NCBI GenBank assembly: GCA_020060465.1
Contig: JAGVAD010000015.1
Span: 56,150 to 120,149, forward strand
Reading direction: 5' to 3'
Length of the DNA: 64,000 nucleotides
From: Anaerolineales bacterium
Lineage (GTDB): Bacteria; Chloroflexota; Anaerolineae; Anaerolineales; UBA4823
The notes under the pieces were generated by a model. That model was not told the origin of the DNA. It saw only the letters and a program-made list of their open reading frames with translations, and made no database searches. Position numbers and translations under genes: made by a program. This document shows positions 47,512 to 57,079 of this stretch, in pieces. Position 1 is the first letter of the stretch. Each line of letters starts with the position of its first letter.

Positions 47512-49293
47512 ATGAAACGAAATTTGCTGTACACCCTTACTGCAGCAGTGGTTTTGCTGAGTATGGTCTTGGGTGCATGCGCTCAACCGCCTGCAGCTAC
47601 GGAAGCGCCTGCTATGACGGAAGCGCCTGCTATGACGGAAGCGCCTGCTATGACGGAAGCGCCAGCAGCGACCGAAGCCCCTGCGGCGACCGAAGCCCCT
47701 GCGGCGACGGAAGCTCCGGCGATGGCCTTCGAACCCCTGTCATTGAGCGCGCCAGATTGTGAATACGGCGGTCTGTTCAAATCCATTGAAGCAGTGGATG
47801 AATTCACCGTCAAGTTCACCATGTGCACTCCTGACCCGGCGTTCCTGGCCAAGATTGCCTTCTCTTCTTTCGCCATTCAACCGAAGGAATGGCTGGAAGA
47901 GACCGGCGGTGGTGGCGCTGGCAGCCAACTGCTCGAAAAGCCCATCGGCACCGGGCCGTACATGATTAAAGAGTGGCGGCGCGGCGACCAGTTGATCCTC
48001 GAAAAGAACCCCGATTACTGGGGCGAGCCTGCGAAGAACCAGACAGTGGTCTTTAAGTGGAGCTCGGAAGCTGCGCAGCGGTTGCTGGAGCTGCAAGCTG
48101 GCACAGTGGACGGCATTGACAACCCCGGGCCGGATGACTTCGCCACCATCGAAGCGGATGCCAACCTGCAGTTGATCCCTCGCCAGGCGTTGAACATCTT
48201 TTACGTTGGCATGAATAATACCTTTCCGCCCTTCGATAACGAGAAGGTGCGCCAGGCAATCGCCATGGGTATTGACCGCAAGCGCATTGTAGAGAACTTC
48301 TATCCACCCGGTTCGGAAGTCGCCACGCACTTCACCCCTTGCGCTATCCCCAATGGCTGCACAGGCGAACCGTGGTACGAGTTCGATCCTGAGGCGGCGC
48401 GCGCCTTGCTGGCTGAAGCAGGTTACCCAGATGGCTTCGAAACCGAAATTGCCTACCGCGATGTGGTGCGCGGTTACCTGCCGCAGCCCGGTGTAGTAGC
48501 ACAGGACATCCAGGCGCAACTCAAGGAAAACCTCAACATTGACGCCAAGATCAATGTGATGGAATCCGGCGCATTCCTGGACGCGGCCGACTCCGGGCAG
48601 CTTTCCGGCTTGCACCTGTTGGGCTGGGGTGCTGACTTCCCGGATATGGTCAACTTCCTGGATTACCACTTTGGCGCTGGTGCCTCCAAGCAATTCGGCA
48701 ACAAATTTGATGACATCATTGAACAACTGAAGCAGGGCGCTGCTCTGGCCGATGACGAGGCACGCGCGCCGTTCTACACCGCAGCCAACAATCTGATCAA
48801 GCAGCATGTACCTATGGTACCCATCGCTCACGGTGGTTCAGCTACGGCTTATAAAGCCGCTGTCGAAGGCGCTCACTCCAGCCCGTTAAGCAATGAGAAC
48901 TTCGCCGTGATGGGTATCCCCGGACAGGATACCTTTGTTTGGATGCAAAACGCCGAGCCGATTTCCCTGTACTGCGCCGATGAAACCGACGGCGAATCGC
49001 TTCGTCCTTGCGAGCAGGTGACCGAATCGCTATACGGCTATGAAGTCGGTGGCACGGCTACGGAACCCCGTCTGGCTGAGGTCTGCGAGCCGAACGCCGA
49101 CTTGACCGAATGGACTTGCAAGCTGCGTCAGGGTGTCAAGTTCCACGACGGCTCAACGTTGGACGCCAACGATGTAGTCATGTCGCTGATTATCCAATGG
49201 GACGCTTCGAACCCCTTGCACAAGGGTAACACCGGCGCATTCACTTATTGGAACGCCCTGTGGGGTGCATTCCTGAACGCGCCGCAACAGTAA
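47512..49293 (+). CDS. Family-5 (DppA/OppA-like) ABC substrate-binding lipoprotein, apparently circularly permuted
   Basis: Lipobox LGAC, TEAPA linker, PIGTGPY, NPDYWG, VRQAIAMGIDR; the LAE...KLRQGVKFHDG signature lies at the C-terminus. Confidence 0.9.
   Translation: MKRNLLYTLTAAVVLLSMVLGACAQPPAATEAPAMTEAPAMTEAPAMTEAPAATEAPAATEAPAATEAPAMAFEPLSLSAPDCEYGGLFKSIEAVDEFTVKFTMCTPDPAFLAKIAFSSFAIQPKEWLEETGGGGAGSQLLEKPIGTGPYMIKEWRRGDQLILEKNPDYWGEPAKNQTVVFKWSSEAAQRLLELQAGTVDGIDNPGPDDFATIEADANLQLIPRQALNIFYVGMNNTFPPFDNEKVRQAIAMGIDRKRIVENFYPPGSEVATHFTPCAIPNGCTGEPWYEFDPEAARALLAEAGYPDGFETEIAYRDVVRGYLPQPGVVAQDIQAQLKENLNIDAKINVMESGAFLDAADSGQLSGLHLLGWGADFPDMVNFLDYHFGAGASKQFGNKFDDIIEQLKQGAALADDEARAPFYTAANNLIKQHVPMVPIAHGGSATAYKAAVEGAHSSPLSNENFAVMGIPGQDTFVWMQNAEPISLYCADETDGESLRPCEQVTESLYGYEVGGTATEPRLAEVCEPNADLTEWTCKLRQGVKFHDGSTLDANDVVMSLIIQWDASNPLHKGNTGAFTYWNALWGAFLNAPQQ
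47593..47718 (+). repeat. Coding tandem repeat, 7 x 18 bp (A[A/M]TEAP)
   Basis: gctatgacggaagcgcc[t/a] x3 and gc[a/g]gcgac[c/g]gaagc... x3, plus one leading copy. Confidence 0.9.
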
Positions 49294-49323
49294 CCGCGTT
49301 CTTTTGTAGGTTGTAGTATCTGT

Positions 49324-49390
49324 CCCGGCGAGGAGCAGCGGTAGAAACGGCGCTTCCCATTGCTTGTTGAACCTTTCGCCCCTCGCCGGG
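49324..49390. repeat. Inverted repeat between SBP and permease genes (possible mRNA-stabilising stem)
   Basis: cccggcgagg ... cctcgccggg, perfect 10 bp. Confidence 0.45.
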
Positions 49391-49404
49391 GTATATTATC
49401 AAAC

Positions 49405-50484
49405 ATGACCACATATATCCTTCGTCGTTTGCTCACCAGCATCCCTGTTCTTCTGGGCATCTTGTTTGTAACCTTTGCGCTTGCGCGCTTGATCCCCGGC
49501 GATCCATGCCGGGCGATCCTGGGCGAAAAAGCGACCGATGTCATTTGCGATGAATTCATTCGTCGCCATGGTCTGGATAAACCTATTCCAACTCAATTCA
49601 TCATTTACGTAACAGAAATCCTGCATGGTGATTTGGGTACTTCCATTCGATTGGGCAAACCGGTCACCGAACTATTGGTTGAACGCCTGCCCACCACGCT
49701 GGAACTGAGCCTGGCCGCCATGATCTTCAGCATTCTGATTGGCATCCCGCTTGGTATCATCTCCGCTGTGCGCCACAACTCTGCGATAGACGTGGGGACA
49801 ATGGTGCTGGCCAATGTGGGCGTCTCGATGCCCGTCTTCTGGTTGGGACTGATGCTGGCGTATATCTTTGCATTGGTCTTGAAAGGGACGCCATTGCAAC
49901 TGCCGCCATCCGGCAGGCTCTCGCCCGGACTGATGATCCCGCCGTTTTACGACGTTTGGGGTTGGCAACTGGGCAAAGAAGGATTAATTAAATCGCTGTT
50001 TGTCTTTATCAGCCAGATGAATGTGATCAATTCGCTTTTGATCTGGCGAATGGATTTGCTGTGGGATGCCCTCAAACACCTGATCCTGCCAGCCGTGGCG
50101 GTTGGCACCATTCCACTGGCGATCATCGCCCGCATGACGCGCTCCAGCATGTTGGATGTTTTAGGGCAGGATTACGTCCGCGCCGCGCGAGCGAAGGGCT
50201 TGCCGCGTGGCATGGTGGTGATTAAACATGCCCTGCGCAACGCTTTGCTGCCCCTGGTCACAATCATTGGCCTATCATTTGGCGCGTTCTTAGGCGGCGC
50301 GGTGCTAACAGAAACCATTTTTGGCCTTTCGGGCGTTGGCAGGATTATGTATGACTCGATCACTGCGCGGGATTACGGAGTGGTGCAATCCTTCACCGTT
50401 GTCATTGCAGTGTTCTTTGTCATCCTGAATCTGATTGTGGATATTTCCTATACCTTTCTGGACCCACGCGTCCGTCTGGATTGA
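49405..50484 (+). CDS. dppB: Peptide ABC transporter permease
   Basis: YILRRL, PGDP, GLDKP, GDLGTS, DYVRAARAKG, LDPRVR. Start ATG 49405. Confidence 0.92.
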   Translation: MTTYILRRLLTSIPVLLGILFVTFALARLIPGDPCRAILGEKATDVICDEFIRRHGLDKPIPTQFIIYVTEILHGDLGTSIRLGKPVTELLVERLPTTLELSLAAMIFSILIGIPLGIISAVRHNSAIDVGTMVLANVGVSMPVFWLGLMLAYIFALVLKGTPLQLPPSGRLSPGLMIPPFYDVWGWQLGKEGLIKSLFVFISQMNVINSLLIWRMDLLWDALKHLILPAVAVGTIPLAIIARMTRSSMLDVLGQDYVRAARAKGLPRGMVVIKHALRNALLPLVTIIGLSFGAFLGGAVLTETIFGLSGVGRIMYDSITARDYGVVQSFTVVIAVFFVILNLIVDISYTFLDPRVRLD

Positions 50485-51470
50485 ATCATCAAATGGCTGC
50501 ACTAAAAGAAGAAAGCATTGAGAAACGGCCCAAAGTGGCGCGCCTGGAAGCAGAGGGCCTGCGCACCAGTGAGAGTATATCCTTCTGGGGAACGGTTTGG
50601 AGACGTTTATTTCGCCGCAAATCGGCTGTAGTGGGGTTATGGATCCTGGCCTTTCTGGTGTTGATCGCCCTCACCGCGGATTGGATCGCCCCATACGACC
50701 CGGTGCAGGTATTAATCGGCGTCGAACCGGTAAAGATGCGCCAGAAACCCTGCATTCACCTGCTCGGTTGTCCGGAGGATCAACCTCAGCACATCATGGG
50801 CATTGACGGCAATGTGCGTGATCAGTTCAGCCGCATCCTGTATGGAGCGCGCTTGAGCTTGCTGGTGGGTTTAAGCACCGTCACCTTTGCCATCATCATC
50901 GGTACATTTTTGGGAGCAATTGCGGGTTATCTGGGGGGTGTGGTAGATAACGTTATCATGCGGTTCATGGATGTGTTGCTGGCGTTTCCGTCGCTGTTGC
51001 TGGCGATCGCCATTGTCACCATTCTGGGACCGGGCCTCATCAACGCCCTACTGGCGATTGCCATTGTGTCTATCCCCACCTATGCGCGGGTGACGCGCGC
51101 CACAGTGCTTTCGGTGCGGGAAATGGATTTCGTGGAGGCGTCTCGCGCCATGGGCGGGGGGTGGGGATATATCTTGTTTGGGCGCATTTTGCCCAACTCT
51201 TTGACGCCGCTCATCGTGACAGGCACTTTGGGGATCGCTACCGCCATCCTGGATGCGGCTGCGCTATCCTTTCTGGGGCTGGGCGCTCAACCGCCAACCC
51301 CCGAATGGGGCACCATGCTGGGCGCTGAGCGCAACCAGGTCTTCACTGCGCCGCATCTGGTGTTCTTTCCGGGCTTTGCCATCATGTTGACTGTGCTGGC
51401 TTTCAATCTGCTGGGAGACGGGTTGCGGGATGCTCTGGATCCGCGCCTGGCGCAACGCGGCGAAGAATAA
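50481..51470 (+). CDS. dppC: Peptide ABC transporter permease
   Basis: APYDP, SRILYGARLSL, FVEASRAMG, LSFLGLG..PPTPEWG, GDGLRDALDPR. Confidence 0.92.
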   Translation: MNHQMAALKEESIEKRPKVARLEAEGLRTSESISFWGTVWRRLFRRKSAVVGLWILAFLVLIALTADWIAPYDPVQVLIGVEPVKMRQKPCIHLLGCPEDQPQHIMGIDGNVRDQFSRILYGARLSLLVGLSTVTFAIIIGTFLGAIAGYLGGVVDNVIMRFMDVLLAFPSLLLAIAIVTILGPGLINALLAIAIVSIPTYARVTRATVLSVREMDFVEASRAMGGGWGYILFGRILPNSLTPLIVTGTLGIATAILDAAALSFLGLGAQPPTPEWGTMLGAERNQVFTAPHLVFFPGFAIMLTVLAFNLLGDGLRDALDPRLAQRGEE

Positions 51471-51486
51471 CCAGGCACGACCATCC

Positions 51487-51512
51487 GCCCCTGAACAACA
51501 GGGGCTTTTTAT
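51487..51512 (+). terminator. Rho-independent terminator
   Basis: GCCCCTG-aacaa-CAGGGGC-TTTTTAT. Confidence 0.85.
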
Positions 51513-51531
51513 TCGCTTTTCTCCCTTACCT

Positions 51532-51560
51532 TTGACATTCTGGGCAGGGCGGAATACAAT
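51532..51560 (+). promoter_or_regulatory. Sigma70 promoter of coaE
   Basis: TTGACA-N17-TACAAT; GGAGG RBS before 51602. Confidence 0.8.
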
Positions 51561-51601
51561 GGGAAGGCAGTAACCCTGACACGCCGCAGCTTGGAGGACA
51601 A

Positions 51602-52735
51602 ATGGGAGCCTGGCCAGGCAAATATGTTATTGGGCTGACCGGGAACATCGGCACCGGGAAAAGCGTTGTTCGTAAAATGTTGGAACACCTGGGAGCTTAT
51701 GGCATAGACGCGGATGCGTTAGCCAATCGGGCGATTGCCAAAGGCGCCCCTGGCTTTCAGCCAGTCGTTGATACCTTCGGTCGGTGGACCCTGGGACCCG
51801 ACGGGCAAATTGACCGCGCCCGTCTGGGACGCCTGGTTTTCAACGATCCAGAAGCATTGCAACAACTGGAGGCGATTGTTCATCCATTGGTCTTTCAGGC
51901 GATTGATATCCTGATTCGCCGCTCGAGTCAAAATGTGATCGTGATTGAGGCGATCAAACTGCTCGAATCGGGGCTGGCGGAGCAGTGCGATTCGATCTGG
52001 GTGACGTACGCGCCGCAGGAACTGCAAATATCTCGCCTGGTGCAAAAGCGCAAGATGGATGAGGCTGCGGCTTTGCAACGCATTCGCGCTCAACCGCCGC
52101 AAGAAAAGAAGGTCAGTGCTGCCCACATTGTCATCCGTAACGACGGCGCCTTTGAAAGCACCTGGATGCAGGTGGTCAGCTCCTGGAACAAGCTTTTCCC
52201 CACGGTGGAAGTCGAGGCGCCTGAAGCGGTCGAAGCGGCGCCAGGGGAAATCCTGGTGCAGCGCGCCCGCCCGCGAGAGGCGGATGAAATCGCCATGCTC
52301 ATCACCCATCTCAGCCAGGGGAAACGCCGCATGAGCCGTGAAGATGTGATGGCAGCCTTTGGCGAAAAAGCCTTCTTGCTGCTGCGCGTGGCTGGTCGGC
52401 CAATGGGCGTGGCTGGGTGGAAAGTGGAAAACCTGGTGGCGCGCACCGATGACGTGTATATTGACAATGGCCTGACATTCGTGGATGCCTTGCGCACGTT
52501 GCTGGCAGAAGTGGAACGGGTATCGCGGGAGCTGCAATGCGAAATATCGCTGCTCTTCTTGCCCGAAAGCTTCGCAGAACAAGAAACGCTCTTCCGGTCG
52601 TTGGGTTATCAATTACGGACGATCCAAAGCCTGGGAGTGCGGGCGTGGGAAGAAGCCGCGGAAGAATCAATGCCCGCTGATTCGATCATGCTGTTCAAAC
52701 AACTTCGACAGGATCGCGTGCTTCGACCTGTATAA
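51602..52735 (+). CDS. coaE: Dephospho-CoA kinase fused to a C-terminal GNAT-like domain
   Basis: IGLTGNIGTGKS, IDAD, IDRARLG, IVHPLV; about 165 extra residues with a GNAT-like pattern (VQRARPRE...LFRSLGY). Confidence 0.88.
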   Translation: MGAWPGKYVIGLTGNIGTGKSVVRKMLEHLGAYGIDADALANRAIAKGAPGFQPVVDTFGRWTLGPDGQIDRARLGRLVFNDPEALQQLEAIVHPLVFQAIDILIRRSSQNVIVIEAIKLLESGLAEQCDSIWVTYAPQELQISRLVQKRKMDEAAALQRIRAQPPQEKKVSAAHIVIRNDGAFESTWMQVVSSWNKLFPTVEVEAPEAVEAAPGEILVQRARPREADEIAMLITHLSQGKRRMSREDVMAAFGEKAFLLLRVAGRPMGVAGWKVENLVARTDDVYIDNGLTFVDALRTLLAEVERVSRELQCEISLLFLPESFAEQETLFRSLGYQLRTIQSLGVRAWEEAAEESMPADSIMLFKQLRQDRVLRPV

Positions 52736-52763
52736 ATATTCTGTATAAATTATAGAAAAGACC

Positions 52764-53645
52764 GTGCTTGAATTTCTTAGCAATCTGATTGCAAATCTGA
52801 CATTTATATTTGAACGTCTGAACTGGCTCAGCCTGATTGATATTCTATTGGTTGCAGCAGTCTTTTTTGGCATTCTGCAATTCATTCGCGGCTCCCAGGC
52901 GGTGGTGCTGCTGCGGGGAGTGCTGTTATTGATCGCCCTGGTAGGAGTGTTGACCAGTCTGGAAGTGCTGCCGGCGTTGACCTGGCTGGTGCGGACGACG
53001 TTGCCGGCGCTTCTGTTTTCCATCCCGGTAATCTTTGCGCCAGAAATTCGCCATGCTTTAGAACGGTTGGGGCGCGCAGGAGTCAGCCAGCCAGATGTAA
53101 AAACCGCGGCGCAAATGCAAGATACAATTGGCAGCGTTGTATCGGCCGCGGCGCGCCTTTCGGAGCGGCAGCACGGCGCTTTGATCGTGCTGGCGCGTCG
53201 GGATAGCCTGGAAGAATATGTGCATACAGGCGTACGCATGGATGCACGCGTCTCGGCGGAATTGTTATTGCAAATCTTCTATCCAAACACGCCGCTGCAC
53301 GACGGCGCGGTGGTCATTTCTGGTCAGCGACTGATTGCCGCGGCTTGCGTGATGCCCCTGTCAGCCAGCGGCGTCTTGACGCCCACACCCGACCGGCAGA
53401 TGGGCTTGAGACATCGGGCCGCGTTGGGCATTTCTGAAGCCAGCGACGCGGTCGCAGTGGTCGTCTCAGAGGAGACAGGATCCATCTCCGTTGTCCATTC
53501 CGGGCGAATGATCCGCCGCCTGGAGCCGGAACGCTTAGAGAATATCCTGCGAGCTTTCTTCAAGCCTGCCCCGCGCCGTGGTTTAATCGAGGCGTTGAGC
53601 CGATTCCTCTCAGATATTCAAGCCAAAGATCAGGAGGGCTTTTGA
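52764..53645 (+). CDS. cdaA: Diadenylate cyclase
   Basis: 3 N-terminal TMs, PLHDGA, GLRHRAALG, VSEETG. Confidence 0.95.
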   Translation: MLEFLSNLIANLTFIFERLNWLSLIDILLVAAVFFGILQFIRGSQAVVLLRGVLLLIALVGVLTSLEVLPALTWLVRTTLPALLFSIPVIFAPEIRHALERLGRAGVSQPDVKTAAQMQDTIGSVVSAAARLSERQHGALIVLARRDSLEEYVHTGVRMDARVSAELLLQIFYPNTPLHDGAVVISGQRLIAAACVMPLSASGVLTPTPDRQMGLRHRAALGISEASDAVAVVVSEETGSISVVHSGRMIRRLEPERLENILRAFFKPAPRRGLIEALSRFLSDIQAKDQEGF

Positions 53646-54943
53646 TGCGCGCTGTGTTTAGCTGGCTGGCACGTAACCTGGGCACGCTGCTTCTCTCGCT
53701 ATTGCTTGCCCTGGTCGTATGGGTATCCGCAGTTATTACGGCAGATCCCAATCGCCAGCAAACCTCACGCCCCATAGAAATTCAGGTGATGGGGCAGGAC
53801 CCCAACCTGCTTCAGGTTGGCTCGGTGCCGCGGCAGGCGGTTTTGACCTTACAAGCGCCTCAGTCTATCTGGGATCAACTGAACAATAACCCGGGGCTAA
53901 TGAGCGCCTGGATTGATTTATCAGGGCTTGGAGCAGGAAAACATCAGGTGGAAGTAAAAGCGCGAGTGGATGCCAGCCCTGTGCGTTTGATTAAAGTTGA
54001 GCCAGAAGAGGTGAGCGTTGTTTTAGAACCATTGCTGCGGAAAACCTTTCCAGTTGAACTGAGGTTGCGTGGCTCTTTGCCCCTGGGTTATCAAAAGTCC
54101 AACCCCACCATCGTCCCCACCGAAGTCATAGTGACAGGAGCAGAGTCGATGGTGAATCAGGTGGTGCGCGTCCAAACCACGCTGGATATTTCTGGAGCCA
54201 CGCAAAATATCCAACAAACAGCGCCGGTGGAGGCGGTGGACGAAAACGGCCTTCCAGTGACCGGAGTTACCCTCTCGCCGCGCGAGGTGAACGTTGAAAT
54301 GTCGGTAAGCCTGTTGGGAGGTTTCAAGAATGCAGCGGTCAAAGTGGTCACCAAGGGTCAGGTAGCCAACGGATACCGTTTGACCAATATTATCGTCTCC
54401 CCGCCGACGGTGACGCTCTTCTCCGATAACCCAAAACTGATCGAACAAATTCCTGGGTTTGTTGAAACCATGCCGGTGGATTTGACCAATTTGACGGATG
54501 ACCTCGAAATTGCGGTGGATCTGAACTTACCCAATGGCGTTACCCTGGTGCGCGAGCCGAATGTGCTGGTGCAGGTCAGCGTGGCGGCTATAGAAGGGAC
54601 AATGACCTTATCTGTGCCGGTGGAGATCGTCGGATTGTCGCCTGAATTGCAGGCCATCATCTCCCCAGAGACGGTGGATGTCATTGTTTCGGGACCCATC
54701 AATATCCTGGAAACACTGACCCCGGCAAACTTTCGCGTGATTCTGGACCTCACCGGATTGCCAGCCGGCGTCTATCAGCGTTCCGTTGAAGTTGATTTAT
54801 CGCCAAAAGACGTGCGCGTGCAGACGACGCTGCCAGAAAGCGTTGAAGTGACGATAGAATTAGTGTCTGCTCCAAACCCGACCGGGACCCAGACGCTTTC
54901 GCCGACGCCCACCTTCACGCCGCCTCCTGCACCTTCTTCCTGA
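53642..54943 (+). CDS. cdaR: CdaA regulator with YbbR repeats
   Basis: N-terminal TM, about 4 beta-rich YbbR-like repeats; overlaps cdaA. Confidence 0.88.
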   Translation: MMRAVFSWLARNLGTLLLSLLLALVVWVSAVITADPNRQQTSRPIEIQVMGQDPNLLQVGSVPRQAVLTLQAPQSIWDQLNNNPGLMSAWIDLSGLGAGKHQVEVKARVDASPVRLIKVEPEEVSVVLEPLLRKTFPVELRLRGSLPLGYQKSNPTIVPTEVIVTGAESMVNQVVRVQTTLDISGATQNIQQTAPVEAVDENGLPVTGVTLSPREVNVEMSVSLLGGFKNAAVKVVTKGQVANGYRLTNIIVSPPTVTLFSDNPKLIEQIPGFVETMPVDLTNLTDDLEIAVDLNLPNGVTLVREPNVLVQVSVAAIEGTMTLSVPVEIVGLSPELQAIISPETVDVIVSGPINILETLTPANFRVILDLTGLPAGVYQRSVEVDLSPKDVRVQTTLPESVEVTIELVSAPNPTGTQTLSPTPTFTPPPAPSS

Positions 54944-54955
54944 GGTAGTATTTCA

Positions 54956-56332
54956 ATGCGAACTCCTATTGTAGCGCTGGTTGGCCGACCGAATGTCGGT
55001 AAAAGCACTTTGTTCAACCGTCTGGCAGGGGAACGGCTGGCGGTGGTGGATGACACGCCAGGCACCACGCGCGACCGGCTGGTGGCCGAAGCCGAGTGGA
55101 GCGGGGTGAACTTTATGATTGTGGACACCGGCGGTATAGACCCGATGCAATATGGCGCTGGCCGCCAGCCGCTTTCAGTGGGCTCCGCCGACTATATTGC
55201 CCAAATCCGCTATCAGGCGGAAATAGCCATACAGGAAGCTGATGCCGTCTTGTTTCTGGTTGATGCAGCAAGCGGAATTACGCCTGCCGATCATGAGGTG
55301 GCTCAGATATTACGCGAATATCAAGTAGAAAAGGGCGGAAAATGGCTCCCACCGGTCCTGTTGGTGGTGAATAAAGCCGATAGTGCAGCGCGGCGTGAGC
55401 AGGCGCTGCAATTTTACGAGTTGGGCATGGGCGAGCCTTACCCGATTTCCGCGCTGCATGGAACCGGTACAGGAGATCTGTTGGATGCATTAGTGGCGCA
55501 ATTGCCGCAACGGAGCGAGCAGGAGGAAACGGAAGAGGAAGAAAGAGTCAAGATCGCCATCGTGGGCAAGCCCAACGCCGGTAAATCCAGTCTGCTCAAC
55601 CGATTGCTCGGACAAGAACGCGCCATTGTCAGCCCAATCCCTGGTACGACGCGAGATGCAGTGGACACACCGATGGAATACAACGGCGTGCCCATCACGC
55701 TGATAGATACTGCTGGCATTCGACGACGCGGGAAAATCGAGCCAGGAGTGGAGAAATACAGCGTTCTGCGCGCGCTAAACGCCATTCAACGCGCGGATGT
55801 GGTTCTATTGGTGGTTGACGCCGTCAGCGGCGTCACCGCGCAAGATACACATATCGCTGGCTTTATCCTGGATGCCTGGAAAAGCGCCGTTTTGTTGATT
55901 AACAAATGGGACGCAATCGAAAAAGATGCGTTCACGATGGAAGAATATACCCGCCGCATCCGCCAGCAATTGAACTTTATGGATTACACGCCGGTTCTTT
56001 TCATCTCCGCCAAGACCGGGCAGCGCATTGACCAGGTTCTGCCCCTGGCTTTGCAAGTGCAAGAAGAGCGGCTGGTTCGCCTGTCCACTTCGCAGCTCAA
56101 CCAACTGTTTCAAAAAGCCCAAGATCAGCACTCGCCGCCCACCCATGCAGGGCGCCAGTTGAAAATCTATTATGCTACTCAGGTGCGCAGCGATCCGCCG
56201 ACATTTTTGCTTTATGTAAATGATCCGAAACTGGCGCATTTCAGCTACCTGCGCTACCTGGAAAATCGCTTGCGGGAGGTTTATCCATTCTTAGGAACGC
56301 CGGTGCGCCTGGTGCTGCGCCCCCGTCGCTGA
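54956..56332 (+). CDS. der: Ribosome biogenesis GTPase Der (EngA)
   Basis: Two G domains (GRPNVGKS, DTGG, NKAD; GKPNAGKS, DTAG, NKWD), acidic linker, KH-like C-terminus. Confidence 0.97.
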   Translation: MRTPIVALVGRPNVGKSTLFNRLAGERLAVVDDTPGTTRDRLVAEAEWSGVNFMIVDTGGIDPMQYGAGRQPLSVGSADYIAQIRYQAEIAIQEADAVLFLVDAASGITPADHEVAQILREYQVEKGGKWLPPVLLVVNKADSAARREQALQFYELGMGEPYPISALHGTGTGDLLDALVAQLPQRSEQEETEEEERVKIAIVGKPNAGKSSLLNRLLGQERAIVSPIPGTTRDAVDTPMEYNGVPITLIDTAGIRRRGKIEPGVEKYSVLRALNAIQRADVVLLVVDAVSGVTAQDTHIAGFILDAWKSAVLLINKWDAIEKDAFTMEEYTRRIRQQLNFMDYTPVLFISAKTGQRIDQVLPLALQVQEERLVRLSTSQLNQLFQKAQDQHSPPTHAGRQLKIYYATQVRSDPPTFLLYVNDPKLAHFSYLRYLENRLREVYPFLGTPVRLVLRPRR

Positions 56333-56369
56333 GCCGCTTTTGGATGAATGCACTCTAATATTTCGAACC

Positions 56370-56398
56370 TTGCCCATGCATTCAAGCGGCTTTATAAT
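56370..56398 (+). promoter_or_regulatory. Sigma70 promoter of lepB
   Basis: TTGCCC-N17-TATAAT, 10 nt before ATG 56409. Confidence 0.65.
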
Positions 56399-56408
56399 CC
56401 GCGATAGA

Positions 56409-57026
56409 ATGAATAACCAACCCTTTGACGACTTGTTAAAACCTTCCTCTGAAAACCCGGTCAATCCAAGCGAGGCAGAACCGCGCAACAGCGGCGGTGT
56501 GCTGCGGTTCTTTTTGGATATGCTAGAAACGGTGGTGTTGGCAGCCATACTTTTCGCCGGCATCAACATGATTTCGGCGCGCATCCGCGTGGATGGCTAC
56601 AGCATGGAACCCACGCTTCACGACGGCGAATTTGTGATCGTCAACAAGCTGGCTTATCGCTTCGGCAGCCCTCAGCGCGGAGATGTGATTGTATTTCGCT
56701 ATCCCCGCGACCCGCAACAAGAGTATATTAAGCGGGTGATTGGGCTTCCTGGCGACCGTATTCGCATCGTGAATGGCCATGTATATGTGAACGATCAGTT
56801 GATTGACGAACCTTATGTCGCTTCGGCACCGCGCTATCAAAGCGAGTGGAGCGTCCCAGAAGATTCGGTGTTTGTCCTGGGCGATAACCGAAACAATTCC
56901 TCCGACTCGCACAATTGGGGACCTGTGCCGTTGAACAATGTCATCGGTCGGGCGTTGTTTGTTTACTGGCCTCCTCACTCCTGGGGCGCCATTGAGCATC
57001 CGCCTGCGGCAAGCGCGGCGCATTAG
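56409..57026 (+). CDS. lepB: Signal peptidase I
   Basis: GYSMEPTL (Ser), YIKRVIGLPGD (Lys), GDNRNNSSDS. Confidence 0.95.
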   Translation: MNNQPFDDLLKPSSENPVNPSEAEPRNSGGVLRFFLDMLETVVLAAILFAGINMISARIRVDGYSMEPTLHDGEFVIVNKLAYRFGSPQRGDVIVFRYPRDPQQEYIKRVIGLPGDRIRIVNGHVYVNDQLIDEPYVASAPRYQSEWSVPEDSVFVLGDNRNNSSDSHNWGPVPLNNVIGRALFVYWPPHSWGAIEHPPAASAAH

Positions 57027-57079
57027 TTCGTTTACGGTAAACGATAGACAGATGAGCTGCCAGACTGGGAGCCGATACA

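Noticed and set aside
47593-47718. Tandem repeats as a possible CRISPR array
   Set aside because: 18-bp in-frame units with no spacers, encoding a lipoprotein linker; no cas genes in the window.
47740-48831. Long antisense ORFs (also 51719-52612, 10746-11534, 36462-37217 and others)
   Set aside because: Shadows of real genes caused by GC-rich codon bias; no motifs.
49405-51512. Missing dppD/dppF ATPases as a sign of decay
   Set aside because: Genes look intact with a strong promoter and terminator; ATPases are often encoded elsewhere.
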